This document shows, piece after piece, positions 1 through 24,702 of a DNA stretch of 64,000 nucleotides (its first letter is position 1; every line of letters begins with the position of its first letter). The notes beneath the pieces are model-generated. The model was not told the DNA's origin, ran no database searches, and saw nothing but the letters and a program-made list of their open reading frames with translations. The stretch covers positions 3,516,646 to 3,580,645 of the forward strand of contig NW_019091355.1 in assembly GCF_001949145.1 (NCBI RefSeq). Reading direction: 5' to 3'. Origin of the DNA: Acanthaster planci. Lineage: Eukaryota. The position numbers and the translations under genes are program-made.

Positions 1-114
1 ACACCAAGAAGTTTTTGAAACAAAAAAAATTAAGAGTGACTTTCCTAGATGCTGAAGGCATCAAGGAGAGAACACTTCAACCAAACAAATCACACCCTGA
101 ATTTCTTTACTTAC

Positions 115-12050
<11,936 letters not shown>

Positions 12051-12607
12051 TCTCTGCCGGACGGGGAAACAAAAATTCAAAGTGCCAATGAACTGACCAC
12101 AGGGTAGGTCTTGGAGCGTGATTTTAAGGCTGAATGAGTCCCAATAATTGAATATTCAAAACAGCGACCTTTCAATCAATACAACTTTTAAACATCATAT
12201 CGTACCAAACTCCTACAAAAGCAGTGCAAGTGCCCCCCCCCCAAAATGTCATCAATGCCTGGAGCCAACAGATTAATCCTGGAACCAGAATGACGAAGAA
12301 GACACTCATGCACAGGTGGTATGCACACTTTTTAATACCTTTTCAACCAATAGAGGTATTGCCCGTACAATATGAACGGGCCTTGAGTTTACGCGCGATC
12401 GTAGCATTGGATTATTAGATGCAGTCATCTAGTGTCTAGTTTTCCCTGATTGCTATCTCTTTGAAAAAAAAAAAAACGGAAAAGAAAAAAGCAAGGAAAA
12501 AAGCATTCCCTAGAGCAACCATTTGGATACGTTTTCATCTTGCCACACCTGTGCAGTAACCCCTTTTTTCTCCCCAAGAGTACGCAGCTTTGGCTTCCAA
12601 AACTTAC

Positions 12608-12700
12608 ATATTGCCTATCGTTCATGCTACAGACAGAGGCGTCTGTGCTGAGTGAATCTGTCTCCTCACCAGAAGACACTAATACAGATCGGGACAGATC
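12608..12700 (-). other. JNK: Probable upstream JNK exon (5'UTR/coding) with in-frame ATG at 12625 (MNDRQY)
   Basis: Strong acceptor tcttttcccctttggttgctttgcctgcag| and donor TAT|gtaagt; 93 nt, open and in frame with AGA ATG of the next exon. Confidence 0.7.
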
Positions 12701-13123
12701 CTGCAGGCAAAGCAACCAAAGGGGAAAAGATCATAGATAAAATAAGGTATAAAATAATCACATGAGGTCAAGATCATTCACAGGATCAGGGTACATTAAA
12801 CCCATCCTGGATATCACTATCTGGCAACAAGGGGTACATCTAATCAGTTTGTTTACCGGCAGAGTGTTCACGTCTTGCATGTTATTGCAAAGTGACCTTC
12901 AAATCTGAGCGTCCCTGAACCGATCACAGACTAACACTGGTTAGCTTCACAGTACAGTGGTTTGTTCAGCCCCCAAAAGCATTCAAATGTGGTTACATGT
13001 AATTTTAACTCCAAAGAACATATTGCACGGATGCATGCAATGAACACTGTTTGCATGTTTTGTGTGTGGGTGTGTTTACAAGAAATTCCTTTTCTCATTG
13101 TTGGTATTTGCTGTACAACAAAG

Positions 13124-13401
13124 TAGGGCTGCGCCAAATATCCCAATATTCCATCAATTATCAAATGTTCGAATAATACTTTCCGAGTTTGATTATTCAA
13201 ATGTAAAATTCATGAAAAGGACGAGAGAATTTTCTTCTGTTTTAAATGAGAAATGTCTACTTGTGTGCAATATTGCAACTGATTTTGTATATATTTTGCT
13301 CAGCAACAATCTGCCGGTTGGTACGACCAAATATTTGAATATTCAATCGAATTGAAAGGCAAATATACGAATAGTAAATTATTCCAATTGACTCAGCCCT
13401 A
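13124..13401. mobile_element. Possible hAT-like MITE
   Basis: Ends TAGGGCTG / CAGCCCTA with internal repeated (C)GAATA/TATTC motifs; the 8-bp TSD matches only partly. Confidence 0.55.
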
Positions 13402-14874
13402 CAAGTACAACAAAGTTTGGGTAAGGTTAAACAGTACAGAATAATGGTCTTTCTTGACTCTAAAATGCAACTCAAAATATATATTTAATACCAAATTCAA
13501 AATGGTACGGATAAAAATGAACTCATTACCTCCACTGGACATGTAATACACATGGACCGATGTTGAAAAAAAAAAAATCTTTAACATACCACGTTTCTTT
13601 CATATGCACAGTACATGTTTAATTATGTACAGTATACGGTGCACTGTGCATACGTGTACACGTTCACAGGCTTCTAATTCAAAATGTGTGGTTCATTACT
13701 TATGTCCAACTTGTATGCACAGTATGCTTGACACTAAGTTGCCATATATCCATGTCAAACCACAGAGCATGTGCATTAAGTGGAGGAAAAAACAGAGGGA
13801 GTACAGAGGCCTTTCCACCGATCACTGATGCAGGCTGGGCCCGCTGAATCAAGCATGAATCAGACCTTCACGCCATTACTCAGTCTGTGTCATGCCTTTC
13901 TACCCACCACCACGCAGGCTGTGATGACCAACCATTCACATTAGCTGGACCATTACCGGCAATGCACGCACACGTAAAGCCAGTCAACGTATATTTGTAC
14001 TTGAGTAGGCTCTCATGAATCTGCAGACGCACACAGCTAGTGATGTACAGAGTACATGTATTCATCAATACAACACGCTGTCAAATCAATGCCAAATATA
14101 CACTGTACACAAACAGGTATGTGTGTACAAAACACATTTATGCTTTTACACTTCAGACATGTACACAGATGACTCGCCCTGATAAGTACAGCCCACATCA
14201 TCCTTTTATAAGGCAATTACAAATTAACTGGTAAAAGGCCACTTGACTTGAAATGACCTCTTCTCTGTGCTCACGATGGTTGATAAACATCTCAGAGAAC
14301 ACATAATGCTAATTCAGTTTGAGAGTAAAAAGGTAAGTCATACACAATGCAACCAAAAATTTAAAAATACGTCAACAAGACGGAATTCAGACACATGGTA
14401 ATGCGGTCCACATGTGCACATACAGTGTACCATACAACATGTACATGTACATGTCTTGCAGGTGCAAATTCCAACGGACATGGGTTTTTCCTACCGAGTT
14501 TCGTTTATGATTCAGCTAGAAACAACATGCAAGGGTAAATCCTGGTATTCACAACATTCACAATGTCAGATAGAATACTAGAGCCTGAACTGCGATGAAG
14601 TACATGTATGTTTCACATGTACCGGTATATCTGTGAGTAAAATTTGGAACAGCACTGCGTCTTTATCCATTACATGTACAGAAGGCCTATGCCTGATTGA
14701 GTGTATAATGTACATGTACTATGAAAAGTATTTTGTTAGCAGATTTAGAAACTCAATGCATGGCAGGGCCATTATAACATTACCTAACATAATGCCCATT
14801 TCTACGATCCAGACTCCTCCAGTGTCTAGCCATTTGCAAAAATGGAATCCCGCATAGTTATTGATTTAATATTG

Positions 14875-15012
14875 AGGGCCTGTTTGTTTCACATGGATCT
14901 GGATCACGATCAGTGATCCAAAGTTGATTCACTGACACACAAGCCCACCTATTTGACAGAGTGAACCAGCGTTGGGATCACAGATCGAGACCCGTGTGAA
15001 ACAACGGGCCTC
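14875..15012. mobile_element. MITE family A, copy 2
   Basis: GGGCCTGTTTGTTTCACATGGATCTGGATCACGATCAGTGATCC ... GTGTGAAACAACGGGCC. Confidence 0.75.
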
Positions 15013-17908
15013 GTATCACATAAAAATGCACTGATACATTGAGCATGCCTCGCTTGTCTTCTCCCGGTACTTGCACCTTTCAACTTTACGACCGTGTCAA
15101 ATTAAAAAACAAGCGAGCCAACAGGCTGCCATCTTGTCTTATCTGCAGGAAGTTATACCCAGCTCAAGGTTCGCACCATTTCCACCTATAGACAATTTCT
15201 TGTTAAACAAAAACGCTCAGTCAATAGTGCAAGAGGAAACATACTTCTCGAAGTACAATGTGCATAATGAACCCGTGTATGTGCTTGATAATACACCGTG
15301 ACAATGCTGGTAGAGTGAACACGTATACCCGGAAAATGAAACCTGAGGTAACCTTGCCTCGGCTTACAAGTTTTTACAACAAGCACAACATGTACATGCT
15401 GAGCCTGTTCATTTGAAAATCTGTATAACAGTTTTATACCTGAGAACGATAGGATGTTTTTAAATGTAAATTGACTTCTGTCCCACAAGGAGTTTACAAT
15501 TTCTGTCTGAGATGTGTATTTGAACAGGAAAGTCTCAAAAGTATCATTTTTGTTCATGTACTTATACACACATGTACAGGAACATGTATGCGCCTTGAGC
15601 AGAAGCACACCCTCATTGGTTGAAAAGAGCCATGTTGGTCAGGAGTGTTCAATTTGTTGGTAGCGATGCCACCGTAATGTGTGCATTTCGTACTTGTTTG
15701 TGACCCAGCAAAGTTCAGTTCTAACCCAAAGAGCCTTTGTTGCTAAGAAAATAGCGCCCTCTGCCCATACACACAGTACATGTATGCAATGACACTGTGC
15801 CAGGATTTTTAAACTGTACCAAGCTCGTCTTTCCGTCCCACTTCAAAATTTGGTATACTTGACAGAGAACAGCACCGTAGATGCAATTAGGATTGTGTGG
15901 GAGAACAGGTGGAAAGTGTGGCTGGTTTGCCGTCGGTGTGACATCAGGGGTCAAACCGTCCATCTAATCAGTGTAAAGGGAAAACTAGATGGAAACACTG
16001 ACAAACAATTTCTCTTGACCAAGAATCCCTCTCCTGCCTGGAACAACTGGATAATCAAATACTCGAACCCTCGGCAGATCAGGCCCGGGGGAGCCATCAC
16101 TGGTCACACAACACAGCCTGACTCACTGTGCTGTTGTGAATCACATTTCTATTTCTTTTCTTCTTTCCTTCTCTTTCTCCACAGCATATGGTGATCCATC
16201 CAACTAGCAAATCAATAATCTCATCTGGTGTCAATAGCCACGAGATGGAAGCCTATTCAGTAAACCCGAATTGCATTGTGCCACACATTGTTAAAACCTG
16301 CACAAATTACGTGTCCCCACACCAAAAAAAAAAAACCTTGCTAGACTACCAAAGGAGTACATGTACATGTATTTTATTGCGTGCACCATGGGCAATAAGA
16401 TGACAGTATCGGGGGAAGGTTAAGGATTCAAGGCAGTTTGTCCAGGATGTATGGTAAAAGTATATTTCCAGAGGACATGTTCGAAAACAACAAAATGAAA
16501 CGTACAAAAGAACAAAGTGACAATGTTCCAAAAAGAAATTCACACAATGCTTTTAGAAAATTACACGCATATTTCTTCAATTTGATAACACATTAATTTA
16601 TAATAATAAATTATTCATAAATATTGTGCAGCTTTCATTTCAAATATGTTCAAATGCGTATTGCAATTAGTGTTACTCTCCTGTGACACAAATTCACATT
16701 TCAGTTTTCATTTGGACAAACGTTTTCACATGAGATATTTACATGTATTATTGTCTAGCTTTATTCGGCTTATTCTTTGAGGACTCCCTACTACATGTAC
16801 CTAGAACATGTAGAAGACACCAAACTGCAAGCTTCAAGAGCCCATGTAATGGTGTACTCCTTTAAAATGCCCACTGTATTAAAAAACAGAATCGCTGAGG
16901 TTCGTGTCTTGAACACAAAACAGCTTCCACCAAGACCCAGTTGTCTATATGTTTGGCATACTGCAAATTGCTGGAAGTGTTTTTGTTTTCACTGTAAAGG
17001 TCAGTCAGGGAGCGGGGAAGGATTTTTGCTGCCATGCAGTGTGATATTAAATGGCCACACGATTTAATAACAGCAGGGAACTCTATTATGGAAATATGGG
17101 CCGGGTTAATCAGCTCCCACTAACGGGCTGAATTGGATTATGTTGGATTTACAAGAGAAAGAAACATACTCACAAGTCTCTAATTTCATACCGTGGAAGT
17201 TTTTACATACAGAGGAAGGTTAAGGAATATACTTTACACTTGGTCAGTTAACAATTATATCTGGATGGCTTCATTACCGATATCAAAGTACATGCACTAC
17301 ATTTATTCCAATGGGCACTCAGGAAAAATAGCTGGGCATTAATTACGTGTATTTGCACTACGGCTGAAAATCAGCAATTATTCACTTTTTTCATTCCAGT
17401 ACAGTCTACATCTTGGGGCTTAACTGCATGTATTTTTCCAAAAACTGGAACTCATTTTGTGACATTAATGTATCCAAAGAAACTGTGATTACGACTTAAC
17501 ACCCGAAGCAGCAACAATGTACATGCACACATACACTAAATGTTGAGCACTTTGCCACAATGTGATATAAATTGCCCTTCTAAGAGCTCAGTGCCATGCC
17601 ACTGTGTACATGTACGGAGTACCCTTCATGTACATGTACAGTACCTTGTCCAGCAGGCCTGTGGACATGAGCAATGTATGCACAGTGTATTTGTGGCCAT
17701 GGGCAACCTGTGCATATTTGTGGTTGGAAATGAGCCTGGCCTTCTGATCATTTTTCCTCTTATAAAAACATGTCTATCCCCATACAGAGATGCAGCCACA
17801 CTGGCCTCTTGTACCACAGACAACACTGGGTTGAAAAGAAGCTGGCACTGGCAAGCTTCAGCTATTTGAGAAAGATACCTATAATACACTGCAGTGGAAC
17901 AACATGCA

Positions 17909-18041
17909 TGCTTTTTTTTTTTTTAAGAAAGCACACTCTCGCTTTTGTCCCAACCTGACAATTCCTTGCTAATTGCTTCTTTTTTTTTTTTTAAGAAAGC
18001 ACACACTCGCTTTTGTCCCAACCTGGCAATTCCTTGCTAAT
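17909..18041. repeat. Tandem duplication, period about 68 bp, 2 copies
   Basis: Poly-T + AAGAAAGCACAC.CTCGCTTTTGTCCCAACCTG.CAATTCCTTGCTAAT occurs twice. Confidence 0.9.
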
Positions 18042-18287
18042 GGGTAATTCCAGAAATTAGGCGTCCAAAAGTGTGACTTTTTTGTGTCCCTGTTACATTT
18101 GACCTTTGTTATTTGACATGGAAATATCACAAAAATTGATTTCAAACTATTACTATTTGTTTGGCAAGCAATTTGCATTAATTCATCACTCTTGGAAATT
18201 AGAAAATGTGTTCTGAACTTACAAAATCATATGTCAGATGTGACAGTGACACGCACAAAAAATGGACCCCTAATTGATGGAATTCCC
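18042..18287. mobile_element. MITE family B, copy 1
   Basis: Imperfect TIRs (GGGTAATTCCAGAAATTAGGCGTCCA...GTGTCCCTGTTACATTTGAC / GTCAGATGTGACAGTGACAC...TGGACCCCTAATTGATGGAATTCCC); interior colinear with 20534-20765. Confidence 0.75.
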
Positions 18288-20533
18288 CAAATACGCTGTA
18301 TAACAAATTTCAAAACCATTACAGTGTACCCATAGATGTCCATGCACATCGTCACATTTTGCTAAAAACTGAGGACAGGGTATTGTGCTTCCTAATGAGC
18401 CTACCGTACAGTAACACTTTCCCATAGACAAAGCACAAGCACTCAGCACCGAGGACACTACACTGATGACCGAGGACAGGCAAACACCCTTTGTTCCCTT
18501 TATATCCTGTTCTCTATGACAAAGTAATACAAGAGAAGGCCTACATCTGAACACGCAGAAACTGACAATGCACATGCATGCTGAAGTTATCAACACATTC
18601 ATACACGTATGTATTCTCCCACGCTCCTCGCCCGGATTTTTGCCAGAATTTGCAAGGCGACCCCTGACCACCTTGCAGGGGAAGCCGATGACCTCTGAAT
18701 GTCAAACATACATGTACGGTACATGCACACATGTGCCATTTGATTTCTGCCAAATGGTGGACTTCAATGGATTCAGGAAGGTTTTCAGGACAAAAATGCC
18801 ATTTGGAAGCTGAGCGAAGTTGAACAGAGCCTTCAGATTCTTAAAGACCTGGCCAAGACCTTTAAAAGTAGCCGACTACCAGCATATCATACCGGTGCCT
18901 CACTTCTTCTTTGTGCATGCAATTACTGGTACACTGTATTGTATGCATGTTATTTATTAGCTGCAGACAATTAGCGTCAGCTTTTTTCTTTTGTTTCCAA
19001 ATTTCTTTTTTTCATTTTATTTAACAATGCAGGACATACAGGTATAAGAAGACATTTCTAGCCTCTCTTTACAGAATGAAACCATGGCAGAAATGGTACC
19101 CTACAGAAAAGACTGGCACTGCAGTATACTGTATAGTTTTATTGCCCCAGCCGTTGGCTCTCACAAAGGACCCTGAAAGGCTCAAGCAAAAGCAGGGCAT
19201 TTATACCACGCCAAGCCAAGGCAACAGTACTTAGCCACTACTGCTAAGCCCTGCATAATAAATACACTGGGCACCACTTCCGAGAAATCCAATTTGCATA
19301 ACCGCACTGTCTGTACAGTATTCCAATTGTCTGCTGTGGTGTGGTTTAGAGTATTCTGTAAACACGGAATGAGGGGATGAATGGCACCCCAGCCAAGTGA
19401 GGTGAAGTCCAGGGTACTGAAATGCTACTGTCTCCAAGCATGTACAGGTACATGTACATGTATGTAGGTGCAACTTGCAGTGAGGTATGTACATGTACAT
19501 GTGATCCCATACACCTGACCTGGTCCAATGCTGAGGAACATACATCTTTGAATGAATGGTCTATTCCATTCCGTGCACTTACATGTCATAAACAACCACG
19601 GCTGGCTGCTGTGAACGATGAAATAAAAGAAGTGTTTTCAATTCCGTAAATCAGTCATATCAGTAATTGCTACATGTACAATGTACAAGAATGTAAATGT
19701 ACTATACCGGAAACATCTAAGTACATGCAATCTTACCTGAGGGCATTCATTTTATTAACAGATGAAACTATTCCTATTTTTAGCAATACTTGTTACAGTA
19801 AAGTAAAAAATGATGAGAAATTGGAACATGATAGCCTTCCTCAGGCACACTATCGGTACAATAAACACAATACATGCCAGCTATGAAATCATACAAACTG
19901 TGGCTTTGTGTCCATGGGTCATTTTCATAATGTCAAGTGGTTTGAAAAAAAAAAAAAGCCCTCTCCAGTGCAAGGCTCCTGCAGGGAGTCAAGATGTGCA
20001 CGTACAATGTGTGTGACAGATCTACAGGGAGAGCCTGCATACTCAACACGAACAGTTGCCATACGTCCAGACACACGTGTGTGAACCCCTTGGATGCTTC
20101 ATGCGTGATTATTAAGTTACCGCCAACGACTGCCACGCAATGTAATGGCGTACGTGGCTGGAGGTTTCTCCCCGTACAGTGCGCAATGAACGCACAGCAT
20201 ATGCTTGAGATAGTGGTGGACAGGAGACTTGCCACGTCCGAATCACCCGGCTGTGGGCAACAACACCACACGGGTCTATGGGAAATGTCCGCAGATGAAA
20301 GCCACTAGCTTCCGTAATATGCGCATGTATTATTCCTGGCTACGGACGAGGGATGCGGACATGGGCCTGACGGATGCACAATAATCAAGCAGAATGGATG
20401 TCTGCACAGGAGGGCAAGAATCAGTCAATGATAAATGCATGGTGTAAAAATCTGTGTTCCGCAGAAGAAGCAAAAGCAATTCTGGACTGTTGAAAGGCTG
20501 TGTAACAGATGGAGGCTTTGGAATGAATTATCG

Positions 20534-20765
20534 GATCATTCTATAAATTCCGGGTCCCTGTTACATCTGACATCTGTAATTTAACATGGACATAACAAGG
20601 AAATAAATTGATTTCAAACTATTTCAATTGTTTGGCAGGTAATTTGCATGAATTTATTGCCCTTGGAAAATCGAGAATGTGTTCTAAAATTACAAGTACA
20701 AAAATCATATGTCAGCTGTGACAGGGACACACAAGAAAGTGAACCCTTAATTAACAGAATGATCC
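20534..20765. mobile_element. MITE family B, copy 2
   Basis: GGATCATTCT...GTCCCTGTTACATCTGACAT / ATGTCAGCTGTGACAGGGAC...AGAATGATCC; shares AAATTGATTTCAAACTATT and other blocks with copy 1. Confidence 0.75.
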
Positions 20766-23700
20766 TATTGTGTATTGTCTCTTCTACACACGCTGGTCCC
20801 CTGATGGCCATGTACATGTATGTGCATGTATGTCCTTCCAATTATGTTCAATGCAAAACTTAAGAATGCAAATAACATACAAATGCATGGGAACATGCAC
20901 TCTGTGTGTGCCCGTTTCACTTGATGACCCACATCTGTTAAACATTGGGATTTTTAAAGCAACTGCAAAGCAAAGCAATGAAAAAGATGCAGGTTACTGA
21001 CTGACTGACAAAACGATTGATGACTTGCAGGTGCTACCAGGTAACATCCATGTACAGGTACCCTTAGAGGTTTTAAGAGGTGGGGGGTTTGTTTTTGGTT
21101 TTTATTGGGGGTATAAGACCAGATGACAGAATGTGTAAAATGCCTCGGAAGACTTCCAGCATATCCTTACGATTCTAGCTGCTGCAGTGTGCAAATAACA
21201 GAGCTAAAATAACATAGCAAAGCTTACAACACTCGATTATTCGGCATCCTTCTTTTTTTGGCACAAGTGAGAAACAGATCATCCGTGGTGTAATGTTGGA
21301 TGTACTTGTGCTTATTTTGATCAATGCAAAGATACACCAGTGCCAGCGCATACATGTGTATGAATACCTTTTCATGACTGAAAAGTATTTTGTTTGATCT
21401 ATGCTAACTCATAGAGCTGTGCGATTATAGAATGTATGTAACAATCATATTGAAATCGGAGGATTTAGGACTGACAGGGATAGCTACATGTGTACCGGTA
21501 CATTTATTGTGCACACATGTCATTGTACATGAAGATGTGCCCTATACCTGAAATGGACGACGTACAGTATACATTATGCCCATCTTCTCACTCTCTCTCT
21601 TTTTTTTTCATGGGTGACATGTACATGTAGCTCCAATCACAGCACACTGGTGGTTAGCAGCCATGACTGCCCTGGCCCCAATTTATCATCAGCCCAGCAT
21701 CAATTACAGTGATTACAGAGCTGGATGGTTTGAACAAGCCTGTGTACACATGTATGTACAGTAGTAGGATGCTGCTATGGGTACTAGCAAGGCCTGAAAC
21801 ATGATATACAGTTCATTTCTGCACAAAAGGGGACTGCGCTGTAATTTAGCACCAAAATCACGCCCTGGCGCCATGATAAGTCTGAGGGGCCGAGACAGTG
21901 ACATGTATTAGTATCCCGGCATACAGGTTTCCTTCAGCTTGATGCCTGGAAAACCACAAGCACACTCTTTTAAATTGGTTACATTTCGAGGTATTGTTCC
22001 TCTCAGAAAACACACGGTACTCACAAAACAGAATGTAGACATAATTTGCCAAGAAAAAAGCAAGAACCATGTTTAAAATCTGTAAAATCTGACATAATGC
22101 ATTTATGTACAATTTATATGATGTGCACGTGTGCACACGTATCTTGGCAACTACATTCTACCAATAATAAACCAAGAAAGACAACAGATGTAACTTTGTT
22201 ATGGTCTCTAAATAAATAGTACCGCTAATTAGCTGTGTTACTACATACCGTTAACTGTATGACTTCCAGATATATCAATGTTGATGACTCCCAGCAATGT
22301 ACGCATACTGAAGGTTTACATAAACTTACATTATCTGATATGAATATATATGTAAGTATGCATTGTGACAGACACCAGAATCAAGAAATGACCTGCGTTT
22401 GTACAAAATGGACATCTTCAACAACTGCATGTACATGTACACTGATAGTCCGTTACATTTACATAAGTGTGTACATCGTGTGTGTACCCACCTCAGAAAG
22501 CTCTTCTTACAGTTTCTCAGACGTTGGTATACAACATTTACGAATATCCAGCTTGATTCTTCCTCCCACGGCCAGCTGACTGAACAAAAAATCCCAGCTT
22601 AATTGAGACCAAGTTTTGCAAGCAGACAGCCAGTGACGCTGCGTCACTTGAAGCTGAATGTTGGTCAACACCTTCCTCTGAGAGAAACGCGCAAACACCC
22701 CTGTCGTGTACAACGTCCTGGACATGTACCCCTGGGGCCTATACATGCACAGTGCACCCCCAAGTCGGTGCTGCAGCCTTGCACGTGAGGCACTGAAGTG
22801 GTAGCTATGTTTCAACGCACTGGCTTGTTAAAACAAATGCGGGGTATCCCTGTAGCTCGGAGTCTTTTTGACCAGTGTTTGGCCCATGCGGATTTGGGGG
22901 CACGGGTCAGGTGACCACGAACAGGAACTCTTCACAGCCTACAGAAGGGCAAACCTGGCACACACCCCCATGATCTACTACTAGTACCCCATGCGTTCAG
23001 GCCACAGCCTACCTGTATCTCTTGCACTTGTTACAACCAATCGCTGGGGCTGAGGCCTTCCAAGTGCTACTCTTTCCTAATTCAATTAGGCCAGAGGAAA
23101 TCATTGTAAGCTGGGGAAGGGGGGATGGGAGAGAAGGGGGGGACACCATGGCTCGTGATAAGAGTGGCTCTGAACACGTTTGAGGAAGACTCACATTGGC
23201 AGTGTGCTGCTTCTACAAATGGTCTTTGACAGTTGACTAACGTTTCATTTCAAGTGGTTCTGTGATTTTGGGGAATGTCATCATGGCAAGCCCAAACCTA
23301 CAGGAGCAAAAAATATTAAATACAGCCGAATGCTTACTTTTTTGCTTTCTTTTCAAGTCACAATAATACAAATTTCTATACTAATTGAAACCAACTGTAC
23401 AAATTACCTGTATCTGTTACCAAACTGTACGGTGTCCCTTGTTTATCATTATCAACAAGAATTATTCAGGCATAGATTCAGATAGAGTAAATGCAACAAT
23501 TTTTAAATTTCTTCACTGGCTTCCGAAGTACATGTACATGTTAAGTTGGATGCTACATGTAAGTACCACACATGTACATGTAGTACTAAAAATCATGCGT
23601 CTAACATCTACTGGTTCATTGTATATGTATACAATGTTCATGATAGACACTGTACTTGTTCAGTGTACAGTACACGTGTATTACAGGTCTTATTAATCCA

Positions 23701-24556
23701 ACTTGCAGCACATGGCAAACAGTCTCAGTACAATGATTTGAACACTGCGTAAGGCACATCCCGCATCTTTCTTGTCGACCAATTCTTTTCTTTTTCTGAA
23801 GCCGTAATCTCTGCACAATGATTACCCTCAGACAACAGCCACCTGACCTGCTTCTCTTAGCTGGGGGGCACTGCTGGGGACCGGGAGGATTACCAGCCAG
23901 GAGTCCTAAATCCCCGGCCGAGACAATTCAATTTACCTGGAGTCTGGGCACTGGGAAGCGATAAAGCCCAGTCGGATGGGCGGTGGCCCTACACATTGTA
24001 ATCGCGGCCTACCCACCCGCATGACAGTGCCATATATCGTCCATCAAGACAACGGTTTGGAATTTCCCAGCTAAGAAGAGCTAATCGGGTAATGCAGCTA
24101 GGGTTAATTACAACATGTACACTCACTAATGGCATTATCATCCACATGGGGTGTATCCAACAATTTTGATTCCTTGATACAAGCTCATGTGACACGAGGC
24201 ACATACGTTCAACTGGTACAGTCCACAGACCCAATTTTCACTTAACCTTGAAAAACTTCTTACACAACACTAAGTTGTACACATACATGTACAAAGTTAC
24301 ATGTACCACTGGAACATACATGTACAAGTGCTGTAGCTGTGCATAAGGCCAAGTTAGGAACAAAGTCCACGTACGTGTACATTTGCATACGTACTGTACA
24401 AATAGAACTTTCACTTTAGAACAGAAAGAAAATGAAACATGCATACATGTACATGTAAACTGTCAGTTTTGCCCATTAATATCTACTGGTACACATAGAA
24501 GTTTTTCATGTGACGTGAAACATGACGGGTTAAAGCATTTCAGGAAGCATACATCT

Positions 24557-24702
24557 AACAGCTGTTGCCTGTGGTGTAGGGGTCCATGGTGTTTTGTACA
24601 CCCTAGGGGATAAATGGCACTGGAGATGAAACCAAGGGTGCCATTTGCCCTCAAGGGTGTGCAAAACACCATGGACCCCAGTCACTGCAGGCAGCAACTG
24701 TT
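24557..24702. mobile_element. Palindromic (foldback/MITE-like) element
   Basis: Arms of about 60 bp with a perfect 18-bp core GGGGTCCATGGTGTTTTG / CAAAACACCATGGACCCC and a 17-nt loop. Confidence 0.7.
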
